Below are positions 46,338-56,452 of a DNA stretch of 64,000 nt, piece by piece; position 1 is the first letter of the stretch; each line of letters opens with the position of its first letter. Source of the stretch: a virus (taxonomy: Duplodnaviria > Caudoviricetes). The stretch lies in IMG/VR virus record IMGVR_UViG_3300021431_000075, positions 512,001 to 576,000 of that record; one strand, given 5' to 3'. Under the pieces are notes generated by a model that was not told the origin of the DNA, made no database searches, and saw nothing but the letters and a program-made list of their open reading frames with translations. A program made the translations under genes and the position numbers.

Positions 46338-49148
46338 TTATCTTCCTGTCGGATAATGCATCGGCTGCCTTAGTGGACTCGCAGTCGGATAGCCTCCGCC
46401 GTAACCGGGCATCTGCGGACTTCTCGGTGCTGATGGAACGCTTGACGGATATGACGGCATCGGTGCCGACGGATAACGTCCGGTTTGCGGATATGCAGGT
46501 GGCATTTGATGCATGCTTCCTGTCGATGAAGCTGTTGTTATCTTTCCGAAACCGCTTGCCGCGTTTCCGTACAGATGGGCGATGTCTGATTCCGAATATT
46601 CGTCGTCAAGTGTCTGGACTGCATATTTCTCTATGAACATGTTAACCTGCGAAAGCGTCTCTGTCATTTCATAGCTCACAAGTTCGGAAGAGCATAGCAT
46701 CATGAACCAGTCATCCAGCCAGTACTGGAATTCTTCTTCCTCGAAAGCGACAGAGACGAACAAGACTGTTGTCGCAAGGTCGTCGTGCATGACTCCGCCT
46801 GAATATGTTCCTGTCTTCGATTTCGCGAATGCCTCAAGCTGCTGAATGGTTGAGTTTGACGACACTTCATGGTCGTGTGTTATGATGATTTGTCTTCTTG
46901 AAATCATCTTCGCGCCGAGTTCGCAGAAGTATCCCTTTCCCTTGCTGCCGGAGACTGTCTTGAATCCCATCTCCTTCTTTGTCGCTTTGCTGGAATGGAA
47001 AGTCTTGATGACAAGAGACGGATAGAACATGTCATGCTTCTTGAATATCTTCAGCCAGTTGTGTCCATTGAAATTAATTTCTATATTGACACGGCAGTTG
47101 TCGAACTCTGTTCCGAGATATGTCATTTGTCCGTTCTTGAGCCATGTGAACACGATATGCTTTGCCGCTTCCGCGCATTCTTCCTCGTCGAACACCTGAT
47201 CCATATAGACTCCGACCTGTCTGAACGCGATGCAGTCTTTCAGTTTGACTTCCTTGTATCCGTCTCTGTTCGCTTCGATTATCTGCGGGTCCAAGAATTC
47301 GATTTTGTATATCGTTATGACGTTCCAGTCCGAATCTTCCTGTCCCTTTTCTCCGATTTGCTTTCCCTCTGCCGTGTCTATCTGCAGAAAGAACCTGCTT
47401 GTCATCAGGTCTTGTTCTGTCAACTGGTCCGGATGGAAGTCGGGATGCCAGAACAGTTTGGAAGAGACGTTTCTCGGAATGCCGTATATGTCAACAGAAC
47501 GGAAGAAGCAAGCATGGTCGTTCATCCACTTCAAATCAACAGGAGAAACAAGCTTTGATGCATCAGAGTCGAAAGAGAGACCGAATTCCTGATTGAAGTT
47601 CGCTTCGCCGAATGCCGCTATCTGCTTCTGCTTCCATTCTTCCGTATCGTGTCCCGGAACCTGCCAGTAGTCAACCCTCTTGTATCTGAATCCGTTCCAC
47701 TTCGGATTGTCGTGCGAATAGACCATGTCGCTGGAGAACAGCAGGTCTGCATAAAGGTTATGACGTCCGCGTGGCGTTGAAAGAACGATGATTTGCGATA
47801 TTTCCGATGATGAAAGAGTCGGCCAGACAGACTGCCAGAACGGAACAATTTTGTTTGCCGGAATAAGAGCGCACTCGTCAACCATGAGAAGATGAATGGT
47901 AGAACCTGTCGCCGGCGTCTCTGATGTTGCGGAACACTTGAGCGTGCATCCGTTCTCGAACTTGATTGTCGTCTTTGATACAGAGCGGACTCCGGGCTTG
48001 AGCCAGAACGGAAGTCCCTTTAGGATGTCTGTGACCTTGTCAAGAATCTCTTCTGCAGTATCTCCCTTGTTTGCTACGATTCTTGCATTCTTGTCCTTGT
48101 TGAATATCATATAATAGACCATGAATGCGGCAGTCGTTGTCGTGTTGTGCGAAAGTATTCCGTTCGTGAAGTAAGAATGACAATAGTCGTTTATTGAAAC
48201 ATCGCACATGAACTCTTTCCGGTCTGTCTTTGTGACAGAGATGACGCGAGAGAAACCTGTCGTGACTTGTAGCAGGTCAGATGTTGTCAAGTCCTTTGCA
48301 TATTTCCAGACATTTGTCGATGTCTTGACAAGATGCGTGTCCGCGCATTCGAGAGAGAAACCGTTCTCCAACTTGATTATATAGACAATGAACGGCTTCG
48401 TGATATGAAAGTGAGTAGCCGGCTTGTAGTCGTTGTTTTCAGAAAGAACAAGCGTGTCTATGTTCGTTGTCTGTATTATCTTCTTGTTAAAATGCTGAAA
48501 GTCTTTGATTTTGAACTTTCTGCACATGCACTTGTATATGAAACCGGACATGATGTTGTTCTTGTTGAACTTGTGCGCTGTGTATATCAAGAAGTCAAGA
48601 ATCGTCGGTTTCTTGATTGAACGGTAGTATATTTCATAGAGTGGAACTTGCTTGTTGTTGATTGTGACGTTTGTGTTCAGGGAAACGCATTTTCCGGTCT
48701 GTCTTGACTGAAGCAGGATGTTGAGTCTTGACTTCGGAAGGAACATCTCGTACTCTTCATTGTAGTACGAATCAGTGTACATTTCGATGACATCTTTCTG
48801 GTAGTCCCTGAGCTTGACAGTCATCCTGCCGCGGTCCGTCAAGAACTTGCAGTATGTCTCGATGAAGTAAAACGGATCGTCTTGGCATTTCTGCATCTCG
48901 TCCCACTCTTCTTTTGTGTACTCGAAGGCGAGGTCCGCGTTACGCCACTCTATCTTTCCATGAAAGAACGGAATCATGTCCGGAGCAGTTCCGTTCTCTA
49001 TGTCTTTCAGTATCTGGTTTATCTTCTCTGTCGAGTATATCTCCGCTCGTTTCTCCTTCTCAAGTTCCTTGTCGAGATAGTTTGACTTGTCATCACGAAG
49101 TTCAATCTGCTCCCGGCGTGGAATAGACATCCTGCGCTTTGTTGGCAT
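46338..49148 (-). CDS. 17: Terminase large subunit (T4 gp17-like), intein-containing
   Basis: LRDYQ, SRQTGK|intein|TTT, VDECA, STPRG, FNQEF, DTAEG, MHDDL. Confidence 0.95.
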   Translation of the reverse strand: MPTKRRMSIPRREQIELRDDKSNYLDKELEKEKRAEIYSTEKINQILKDIENGTAPDMIPFFHGKIEWRNADLAFEYTKEEWDEMQKCQDDPFYFIETYCKFLTDRGRMTVKLRDYQKDVIEMYTDSYYNEEYEMFLPKSRLNILLQSRQTGKCVSLNTNVTINNKQVPLYEIYYRSIKKPTILDFLIYTAHKFNKNNIMSGFIYKCMCRKFKIKDFQHFNKKIIQTTNIDTLVLSENNDYKPATHFHITKPFIVYIIKLENGFSLECADTHLVKTSTNVWKYAKDLTTSDLLQVTTGFSRVISVTKTDRKEFMCDVSINDYCHSYFTNGILSHNTTTTAAFMVYYMIFNKDKNARIVANKGDTAEEILDKVTDILKGLPFWLKPGVRSVSKTTIKFENGCTLKCSATSETPATGSTIHLLMVDECALIPANKIVPFWQSVWPTLSSSEISQIIVLSTPRGRHNLYADLLFSSDMVYSHDNPKWNGFRYKRVDYWQVPGHDTEEWKQKQIAAFGEANFNQEFGLSFDSDASKLVSPVDLKWMNDHACFFRSVDIYGIPRNVSSKLFWHPDFHPDQLTEQDLMTSRFFLQIDTAEGKQIGEKGQEDSDWNVITIYKIEFLDPQIIEANRDGYKEVKLKDCIAFRQVGVYMDQVFDEEECAEAAKHIVFTWLKNGQMTYLGTEFDNCRVNIEINFNGHNWLKIFKKHDMFYPSLVIKTFHSSKATKKEMGFKTVSGSKGKGYFCELGAKMISRRQIIITHDHEVSSNSTIQQLEAFAKSKTGTYSGGVMHDDLATTVLFVSVAFEEEEFQYWLDDWFMMLCSSELVSYEMTETLSQVNMFIEKYAVQTLDDEYSESDIAHLYGNAASGFGKITTASSTGSMHQMPPAYPQTGRYPSAPMPSYPSSVPSAPRSPQMPGYGGGYPTASPLRQPMHYPTGR
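48144..48689 (-). mobile_element. Cis mini-intein (182 aa) in the terminase Walker A motif
   Basis: Starts CVSLNTNV, block B CADTH, ends NGILSHN|T; no endonuclease motifs. Confidence 0.9.
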
Positions 49149-49284
49149 TGGCAGTAGTTTTGCAAAATTTTTTTATTTATCAAATGAAAATGTAGATTGT
49201 TGAAAATAATGAGTTTATGAGCATAGTGTGTTCAAAAATCCTTTTTTTTTGTGCAATAAATAAACAAAATGCATTTTTTATTAA

Positions 49285-49959
49285 ATGAGAATACAAAGCA
49301 AGAAGGCTCTTTATGAGAGCATCATGAGAGATGTTGCCAAAGTAGTTAAGAGAAGATTGAATGAGTCTGATGGAGAAATTAACAGTTCGCGTTCTTATTC
49401 ATTGAGCGAGATTCCGTTTGAATGGCTTCTTAAACCCGATCTCAATAAAAAATTCAATAAATTAAACCCAGAACTATTCAAGCTTGACAATAAAGGAAGA
49501 ATTGGCATCAATTTATATTCTCTTGGCATTAATGATGATGATTATGATGATGCACCACCAACAAACCTAAAACCGATGATGACTATTTATGCAGAAAATA
49601 TAGCACAACTCTGTTGCAAAGTTTATTATTTGTATAATGTAACACAAAATAAAATTAATCCATGTAATAAATACTTTTTTAAAGTATTTAAAACATTTGA
49701 ACGAAATTCAATTAAATTTAATCATCTTCTTGGAAATTTCAGTGATTTGATCGATGAACTCAAAAAAGTAGATCCTTGGTTTATCAATCATCCAAAAAGA
49801 TACGCCGGTGGCTTTTTGAAGTTATTTGGTTCTAATGAAGAAAAAGCAAAATTGATTCTTGATGTATTCAATCATGTCGAAAAAGTTTATCCATTTTCAA
49901 GATTAATAAATGCAACATATGGTGAGATTGAAAAAGAACTTCATGACATGTTTTCTTAA
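49285..49959 (+). CDS. Putative internal head protein, paralog A
   Basis: Leader LYESIMRDVAKVVKRRLNE; FKLD..GRIG and DPWFINH shared with paralog B. Confidence 0.7.
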   Translation: MRIQSKKALYESIMRDVAKVVKRRLNESDGEINSSRSYSLSEIPFEWLLKPDLNKKFNKLNPELFKLDNKGRIGINLYSLGINDDDYDDAPPTNLKPMMTIYAENIAQLCCKVYYLYNVTQNKINPCNKYFFKVFKTFERNSIKFNHLLGNFSDLIDELKKVDPWFINHPKRYAGGFLKLFGSNEEKAKLILDVFNHVEKVYPFSRLINATYGEIEKELHDMFS

Positions 49960-50150
49960 TGATATGAAAAGAAGCATAGAAGTAGAAGATGATGAATTCT
50001 AAAAACAATATAATCTAAAAAGGTCATCAATTTTATATGATGACCTTTTTTGTTTTTATAATGTATTGAAACATATTTATTTATTAATAAAGAAATGGTC
50101 ACCATTTTTTTGATGATGACCATTTTCCTTTTCAATTGTACTTTCTAAAA

Positions 50151-50849
50151 TCAGAGATATTTTCTAACAAACTTATCCAGTGGACAAACATGGTCAAGAT
50201 GCGTAAAAACATCTTCAATTACATTCAGACTTAGTGAACCGTCTTCTCCTGTTTTAATATATATTTTTTCATCACCTTCTTTGCCATAAACTCTTCTTGA
50301 ATGATTGATAAACCAAGGATCATTTTGTTTGATTTCATCTATTCTATCCAAGTAACCATGAATAAAATCTGCAAACCCTGGAATGTTACGCATAAAAAAA
50401 TAATACAAACGTTCAATTTTTGGATTGCATTTTCCAAATGTTCTTCTATGATCGAAAATTAAATAACTTAATTTAGCAATAGCAAATGCAATATTGTCTT
50501 CATACAATACAAATGATGGCTTTTGAACATTTGGAATATAATCACGATTTGCATCTCTAATATTTTTATAAGCATAAACATCAAAACCGATTCTTCCATC
50601 ATGGTCGAGTTTAAATATATCTGGACTGTCATTATGAAGAACTCTGTTGAATATAGGATTCAAAATATCTCTAAATGTATACTCTGAAAGTTTTTTCTTA
50701 CTTGCAATATTCATATCTATGTCATCAACATCATTAAAAGAATTTGTTGATTCAAAGTCATACAGACCTTCGTTGAGTCTTCTTTTGACAACTTTTGCAA
50801 CATCTCTCATGATGCTCTCATAGAGAGATCTTTTGTTTTGTCTTCTCAT
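50151..50849 (-). CDS. Putative internal head protein, paralog B
   Basis: Same leader and motifs as paralog A; convergent, with terminator hairpins at 50017-50050 and 50093-50126. Confidence 0.7.
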   Translation of the reverse strand: MRRQNKRSLYESIMRDVAKVVKRRLNEGLYDFESTNSFNDVDDIDMNIASKKKLSEYTFRDILNPIFNRVLHNDSPDIFKLDHDGRIGFDVYAYKNIRDANRDYIPNVQKPSFVLYEDNIAFAIAKLSYLIFDHRRTFGKCNPKIERLYYFFMRNIPGFADFIHGYLDRIDEIKQNDPWFINHSRRVYGKEGDEKIYIKTGEDGSLSLNVIEDVFTHLDHVCPLDKFVRKYL

Positions 50850-51077
50850 TTAATAAAAAATGCATTTTGTTTATTTATTGCACAAAAAAAAAACAAAATC
50901 GAACAATCTTTGTAGATATAAAAAAGATAATGAGCAACTATTTTAGTTGCTCATTATATCTTCAATTTTAATTATTCTCTATACGGAAATAAGTGTCTAT
51001 TGTTATTTGTTTAATTCAAACATATCCTCAACAAGTCTTTTGAAATTAAATAGTTATAAAACATCAATAAACATAAT

Positions 51078-53981
51078 TTATTCATTTATTGTTATTTCTG
51101 GACAATCCGCAAGCACTCTTGAGTATAACACTTTTGCTCCTGTTTGTGTCGGATGCACCATATCTGAAGAAATATGCCCTATTATATCACTCGAACTTAA
51201 TGCACTGAACACATAAGATGAATTGTTATATGAAACGGTGATTTCATTGTTTGTTTCATCTTTCGATTCTATTGTGTAATTGTCATTGACACTACCGTTT
51301 GAATTATATATATGATTTGCTGTGTTTGTGTCAAGAACCTTGTCTATACTTTTGCTTGTGTATATAGTGGCAGCAAGCGTTTCGTTTCTCCAAGCAAATA
51401 ATGTCGGCGAATTATGCCATATGCCATCTTCATCTGTACCAACAGCATCTGCAAAATCTATTATTCTACATCCAAGAGTTTTTATATAATTGTTATATCC
51501 AGTTCTCTGGACTCTCGGAGTTGTAGGAATAGTAGATATTACAACATCAAAACCATATTCATGAGACAAACTGATTAAAGTATCTATATAAGTCTTTTGA
51601 TAAGAATTGATTGTATAAGCATCATTTACCTTTTCTTCGGTTCCGCCACCATTCATACCATGACACCAAACAACTATAGATGGAACATATCCCATTCCAA
51701 GTAATGTAGTTAAATCTGAAATTCCCTCATCTGGTTTTTCTCCTGCCTTGTTATCATAAAGTGTTCCGAAATATAAATCTCTAAAATAATAATAAGGCCA
51801 TCTGTTTGCGTCATTATATGAAAAATATGAGTCGCCAAACATCCATATGCTTTTGGTTAAATCCTTTGGAAAGAATTTCACTTCAGCATCAATAATAGTT
51901 TGCGTACCATTATTTTCGATAAAAGGTCGTCCGACACCCCATTTGTTTTTAGTAGTATACTCAAAGATGTCACCTTTGCTATTAAAAATTTGTATTTTTG
52001 AAACACATTGAACATATGTAGAATTAGAAGTACTATCAATAGTTGTAGACACTACAACAGTCGTGTCATTATCTATAAATTCACTTGGCAATGTTTGAGT
52101 ATCTTCAGTGGTAGTTGATGTGTAATACCTATGAAGAATCGCTTGTGTTTGAGTTAATTCAAGCCAAGAAGCCGCATATAATCTTTTATTATTGCCATTA
52201 GTATAACCAACACCGAAACACACATTCTCTATTGTTCCCTTAACTCTTCCAACATAGGTACAGTTCTTTGAAATATTAATAGATGATGTATATATAACTC
52301 CGGAAGCATCAATAATTCCCTTTGCCGTTAAACAGTTAAATTTTTTTGGCGGAACATATGAACTAATATCAATATCTGGTATATATTCTGGCTTGATTTT
52401 TCTATCTGCTGAATACGGAACATAATTTGTTATTACAGAACCTTCTTCAACCTGTATAGAATCTTTATAATCATAATCAAATGTAAACCTTATATAAGCA
52501 TCACCCGCACATTCTACATATGTATAAATATTGGTTCTGTCACCTCTAATGTACTTTTTATCAGAGTCATAGACAGCCATGCCTGATGTATTACCAAGCG
52601 AACCATAATGATTAAGTATCAATCCATTCTCTGAAATCGGAATATAACCAGTACAACCAACTCTACCTTCATGTTCAGTACCTGCCCAAGAATATTCATT
52701 ACCTGAAGTAGAAGTGATTTGCACATTTAATTTAAAGTCAGGATCATTTGGATTACATAAATTCTTGCTATATATAATTTCAAAGAAATTTGCTTTATCT
52801 GGTGTAACTGCACTATCAACTAATTTTGTTGTTGATACTGAATTATCAGCAATTCGACCATCTTTCATTATCCAGTAAGGTTCAGCATAAGGAATGAATT
52901 CGCTTGGTAATGTACTTCCTTTGTATATTGCGTACTGGTTATTTTCGTTTGGATATAAGTTAAAACGAACATAAGCATATGAAGGGTTATCCGTTTTGGA
53001 TACTGCTATAGCACTACCGGGATTTGTAGTCTTATCAAGGAAAGTTATGTAGTCTCCATTCTCATCATATGCAACATAAGCTGCTACTCCTTGACCGCTT
53101 TTGTTCATACAACTAATGCAGATAATATCTTCTGTAAGCGGTATAAGTGGAGTACAACCGTATGTAGCATTATATGTGGGATTGGAGATATCTCCGACCA
53201 CTCCGGTATTTCTATTTACATATCTTCCTACTTCTATTGTGTCCGGATTAAGCAAATTCGTTCCGATAACCAAATCCATCGTAGCATCTGCAATTACCTT
53301 TCCTTGTGCAGCACTCAATGGTCTAACAGAATCATTAGTTGTTAAATTATTAACACTAATGTCATCTTTTAATTTCGATGCGGATATACTATTGTCTTTA
53401 AGTTGTTCTTCACCGATAATATTTGTTTTAAACTCACTTTCTAAATAATTATATGGGATATATTCATTTGGATAGTTAGAAGAAGTTCCTCTAATTACCA
53501 TAAATTCATCAAGTTGTGCGATTGCACCAGAATATCTTACATAAGCGTCTCCTTCTTGATATGTTGCTTGTTCATTGCTATAACCATGAGTAAATACTTT
53601 TTCGCTATTATAACAAGCATATCCTAAATAAGTACCACCCTTTTTTGCCAATGCAGCATAGCAACCGGCTTCATCAATAGGTATGTAATCTGTAGTAAAA
53701 GAAGCACCGACTGTTGAACTCGGTTTGAGTTCACCATCTAATCTACTGACTAAATAATCATCAACCTTTTTTCTTTTATCAAAAAGATTTATACGAGTAC
53801 TATCAATAAATTTATTAGCAATGTTTGTTAGCGGTTCAACTTTATCATTTATTTCTTCAGTAGCATCTTGCACATTTGTAGAAACTAAATCACTATTGGT
53901 ATTGTTGAACGTAATTATAGAAGCGTCTGAACCAATAAAGTAATCAAATTCTTCTACATTTATTTTCGTTACCTTAGCCAT
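51078..53981 (-). CDS. Tail spike/receptor-binding-like protein with repeated beta modules and a C-terminal SGNH esterase (967 aa)
   Basis: NL(F/L)..., T.YIP, DAY(V/I)R and YIPY modules; FGDSY, GMN, DMVHP. Confidence 0.7.
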   Translation of the reverse strand: MAKVTKINVEEFDYFIGSDASIITFNNTNSDLVSTNVQDATEEINDKVEPLTNIANKFIDSTRINLFDKRKKVDDYLVSRLDGELKPSSTVGASFTTDYIPIDEAGCYAALAKKGGTYLGYACYNSEKVFTHGYSNEQATYQEGDAYVRYSGAIAQLDEFMVIRGTSSNYPNEYIPYNYLESEFKTNIIGEEQLKDNSISASKLKDDISVNNLTTNDSVRPLSAAQGKVIADATMDLVIGTNLLNPDTIEVGRYVNRNTGVVGDISNPTYNATYGCTPLIPLTEDIICISCMNKSGQGVAAYVAYDENGDYITFLDKTTNPGSAIAVSKTDNPSYAYVRFNLYPNENNQYAIYKGSTLPSEFIPYAEPYWIMKDGRIADNSVSTTKLVDSAVTPDKANFFEIIYSKNLCNPNDPDFKLNVQITSTSGNEYSWAGTEHEGRVGCTGYIPISENGLILNHYGSLGNTSGMAVYDSDKKYIRGDRTNIYTYVECAGDAYIRFTFDYDYKDSIQVEEGSVITNYVPYSADRKIKPEYIPDIDISSYVPPKKFNCLTAKGIIDASGVIYTSSINISKNCTYVGRVKGTIENVCFGVGYTNGNNKRLYAASWLELTQTQAILHRYYTSTTTEDTQTLPSEFIDNDTTVVVSTTIDSTSNSTYVQCVSKIQIFNSKGDIFEYTTKNKWGVGRPFIENNGTQTIIDAEVKFFPKDLTKSIWMFGDSYFSYNDANRWPYYYFRDLYFGTLYDNKAGEKPDEGISDLTTLLGMGYVPSIVVWCHGMNGGGTEEKVNDAYTINSYQKTYIDTLISLSHEYGFDVVISTIPTTPRVQRTGYNNYIKTLGCRIIDFADAVGTDEDGIWHNSPTLFAWRNETLAATIYTSKSIDKVLDTNTANHIYNSNGSVNDNYTIESKDETNNEITVSYNNSSYVFSALSSSDIIGHISSDMVHPTQTGAKVLYSRVLADCPEITINE

Positions 53982-54003
53982 TTCTTATTAGTTAGAAGCA
54001 TTT

Positions 54004-54078
54004 TTATTGATTAACCGGTGTCATTTCGATTGAATTGTCTTCAAAATCTGCATCCTTTATGATTACAATCTTTCCCAT
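54004..54078 (-). CDS. 24-aa peptide MGKIVIIKDADFEDNSIEMTPVNQ (not in the ORF track)
   Basis: 18/24 identical to 54278..54352, with 8 synonymous codon differences. Confidence 0.75.
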   Translation of the reverse strand: MGKIVIIKDADFEDNSIEMTPVNQ

Positions 54079-54141
54079 GAAAACTTTGCTACATATGTTA
54101 TTTTAAAATGATTAAAACAAGAGTGTTAGTATTTTTAACGA

Positions 54142-54252
54142 TTGTTTCTAAACAGGTAAGTTTCAGTTAGTTACAACTTCATATAATGCTATTGTGAACA
54201 AATTGAAGTCTTTGAAACCCAGCAAGATGCAAACTTACCTGTTTAGAAACAA
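54142..54252. repeat. Perfect 22-bp inverted repeat with a 67-bp spacer; candidate inverton
   Basis: TTGTTTCTAAACAGGTAAGTTT (54142-54163) / AAACTTACCTGTTTAGAAACAA (54231-54252). Confidence 0.9.
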
Positions 54253-54277
54253 ACTTCTAAAAATAAGAGTGCAATCG

Positions 54278-54352
54278 ATGGGAAAACTTTTGATTATCAA
54301 AGATGCAGACTTTGAAGAAAATTCTATTGAAAGAACACAGGTAGAACAATAA
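54278..54352 (+). CDS. 24-aa peptide MGKLLIIKDADFEENSIERTQVEQ (not in the ORF track)
   Basis: Paralog of 54004..54078; ends 20 bp before the next gene. Confidence 0.75.
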   Translation: MGKLLIIKDADFEENSIERTQVEQ

Positions 54353-54372
54353 AATAACTTCCGTATCAAGAC

Positions 54373-56442
54373 ATGGGTAATCCAATCATAACGACAATAA
54401 ATGTTGAAGATGTTCCATATAAGATTAAGGGTTCATTGTATGATGGACTTGGCAACAATACAGATGGTGGTATCACGCAGGCTGCAATAACTTCTGAGTT
54501 GAATAGCATCAATGAAACCATAGACAACATCGAGCACAACAATACATTGGAATATGAAGAAAGCATCGTCATTTTAGACAATCTGGATGCATCTGTTGTT
54601 GAGATTACGTCAAGTTATGTTAATGCAAAGAATCTGAAGTCTAACGGTATTGATGTTGCCACGCTTGAAGATATCAGCACATTTGCATCAATAGATGACA
54701 TTAACGATAAACAAGACAAGATAGACAATATCGGTTATGAAGAACTTAACTTCCAAACACCGACAATAGAATTCAGGGATGATAATGATAATTATGTCGG
54801 GGAAGTTTCTCCAGAGGCAATCGCAGCAAAGAAGTTCTTAATCAAGACAAGTCCGGAAGATATTGGGGTGGACATAAGCGGTATTGTTGGCGGCACCACA
54901 GTTGCAAAGACGCTCGGGTTCAGTGACATTGTCCATGTCATCGGTTACGGTCAGTCTCATATGTCCGGCACAAACAGCGGACTCCCGGTATCGACAACAC
55001 AAAACAGGGCAAATCTTAAAAGATTTGCAGGTGGAGTCAGACCGTATGATACATTTGACCTTGATTCAAGCCGTAGAGTCATTATCGAACGTCAATCTGG
55101 TGTCGAACCTACATATCTTGAAATGTCTGACAATAAAAGCGCATGCTTGACGCAAAAGTCCATCAACTATATTGCTGCATCTGTTGATAGTCTTGTTCCA
55201 TTGACAGAGCAGAGAGTAAAATATGAAAAGAACCAAAATAACACATACAGTCCGAATCCTTCTGTAATAAATGCATCTACATCTGGACATGCGGACGGAG
55301 AGACTCCATTGACCGGTTTCTGCGAAGGTTTCTTGAACGCGATTGAGAAATCATACGGAAACAATTTCGGATTTGAAATGCTTGCTACTTGCTGTGCTTA
55401 TGGTTCTGCTGATTTCCTGAGCCTTTGTCCGCTTGACAGAGATGGCATTATTCATAACGAAAAAGAAATAGACGGGACGAACTTCAACTACTTTGACGTT
55501 TTGATGATGACTGTCAAGGAAGCAAAAGAACTTGCAGATGCAGAGAATAAGTCATATTCTGTTGATGTGGTCATATATATGGAGTCGAATACGATAGCTG
55601 AAAACCGTAGTGGAACTTCTGTTAGTTTGACCGTTCAACAGAAAGCATACAGAATCGCGCAGCTTTTCACGCTCATTAACCAGAGAGTCAAAGAAATAAC
55701 AAAGCAAAGCAATGATATAATATTCTTATGTGACCAGAGCAAGACATATATGTCACAGAGAGAAGCCATACGCATTCTTTGTATCGACAAAGAATTTGCT
55801 TTGACGGAAGCTGAACAGAACGTACTGGAGACTTTGACGAACAATGATATTGAACCATACGACATGAACAAGATTTATCTTGTTATCGGTTCCAATAACT
55901 ATGAAATCGGCACTGACCACATTCATCATCCATCATATGCACAGAAACTTGAAGGAGCAACAATCGGAGAGATATATGCAAGGATTCTCTCAAGAAATAA
56001 TTTCGAGCCTTTGTATCCAATAAAGTTCAAGGTGATTGACAATGATATCTATGTCAAATATCATGTGCCTGTTTCTCCAATCGTAATAGACATGAATGCA
56101 GTGAACGGAGCGCATACTTGTCCGAACTGGTGTACAGAACGTGGTGAAATGTACGGTTTCTCAATCTTCAACAAGAATACATCTACTTATGAACCGAATT
56201 TCATCACTGCTGCGGAAGTGACAGAAGGAGATACTATTAAACTCACGTGTGAAAGTTCTCCTGTTGGTAAAGTTCTTGAATACTGTTATAAGCCTATTGA
56301 CAATAGTGGTAGTGGTTTGCCAACGAATTGCGAGTTCGGCAATGTCAGAGACTCGCAAGGAGATATTGCAAAAATCACAATCAACAACACAGAACATCCA
56401 TTGCATAACTGGTCAATCGGCTTCTCAAAAGATATAATGTAA
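54373..56442 (+). CDS. Tail spike/receptor-binding-like protein with a sialate O-acetylesterase (SASA/SGNH) domain (689 aa)
   Basis: GNNTDGGITQAAIT fibre motif; GYGQSHM, MESN, DHIHH. Confidence 0.7.
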   Translation: MGNPIITTINVEDVPYKIKGSLYDGLGNNTDGGITQAAITSELNSINETIDNIEHNNTLEYEESIVILDNLDASVVEITSSYVNAKNLKSNGIDVATLEDISTFASIDDINDKQDKIDNIGYEELNFQTPTIEFRDDNDNYVGEVSPEAIAAKKFLIKTSPEDIGVDISGIVGGTTVAKTLGFSDIVHVIGYGQSHMSGTNSGLPVSTTQNRANLKRFAGGVRPYDTFDLDSSRRVIIERQSGVEPTYLEMSDNKSACLTQKSINYIAASVDSLVPLTEQRVKYEKNQNNTYSPNPSVINASTSGHADGETPLTGFCEGFLNAIEKSYGNNFGFEMLATCCAYGSADFLSLCPLDRDGIIHNEKEIDGTNFNYFDVLMMTVKEAKELADAENKSYSVDVVIYMESNTIAENRSGTSVSLTVQQKAYRIAQLFTLINQRVKEITKQSNDIIFLCDQSKTYMSQREAIRILCIDKEFALTEAEQNVLETLTNNDIEPYDMNKIYLVIGSNNYEIGTDHIHHPSYAQKLEGATIGEIYARILSRNNFEPLYPIKFKVIDNDIYVKYHVPVSPIVIDMNAVNGAHTCPNWCTERGEMYGFSIFNKNTSTYEPNFITAAEVTEGDTIKLTCESSPVGKVLEYCYKPIDNSGSGLPTNCEFGNVRDSQGDIAKITINNTEHPLHNWSIGFSKDIM

Positions 56443-56452
56443 AAATTAAGAT

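Larger units (their letters stand above)
49242..50892. repeat. Inverted duplication: 50-bp perfect inverted repeat (49242-49291 / 50843-50892), extending imperfectly ~75 bp into both CDSs
   Basis: T9-GTGCAATAAATAAACAAAATGCATTTTTTATTAAATGAGAA on both strands. Confidence 0.9.

Noticed and set aside
54142-54252. MITE or transposon ends
   Set aside because: There is no target-site duplication and no transposase in the window; the central position in a mirrored cassette argues for a regulatory or recombination role.
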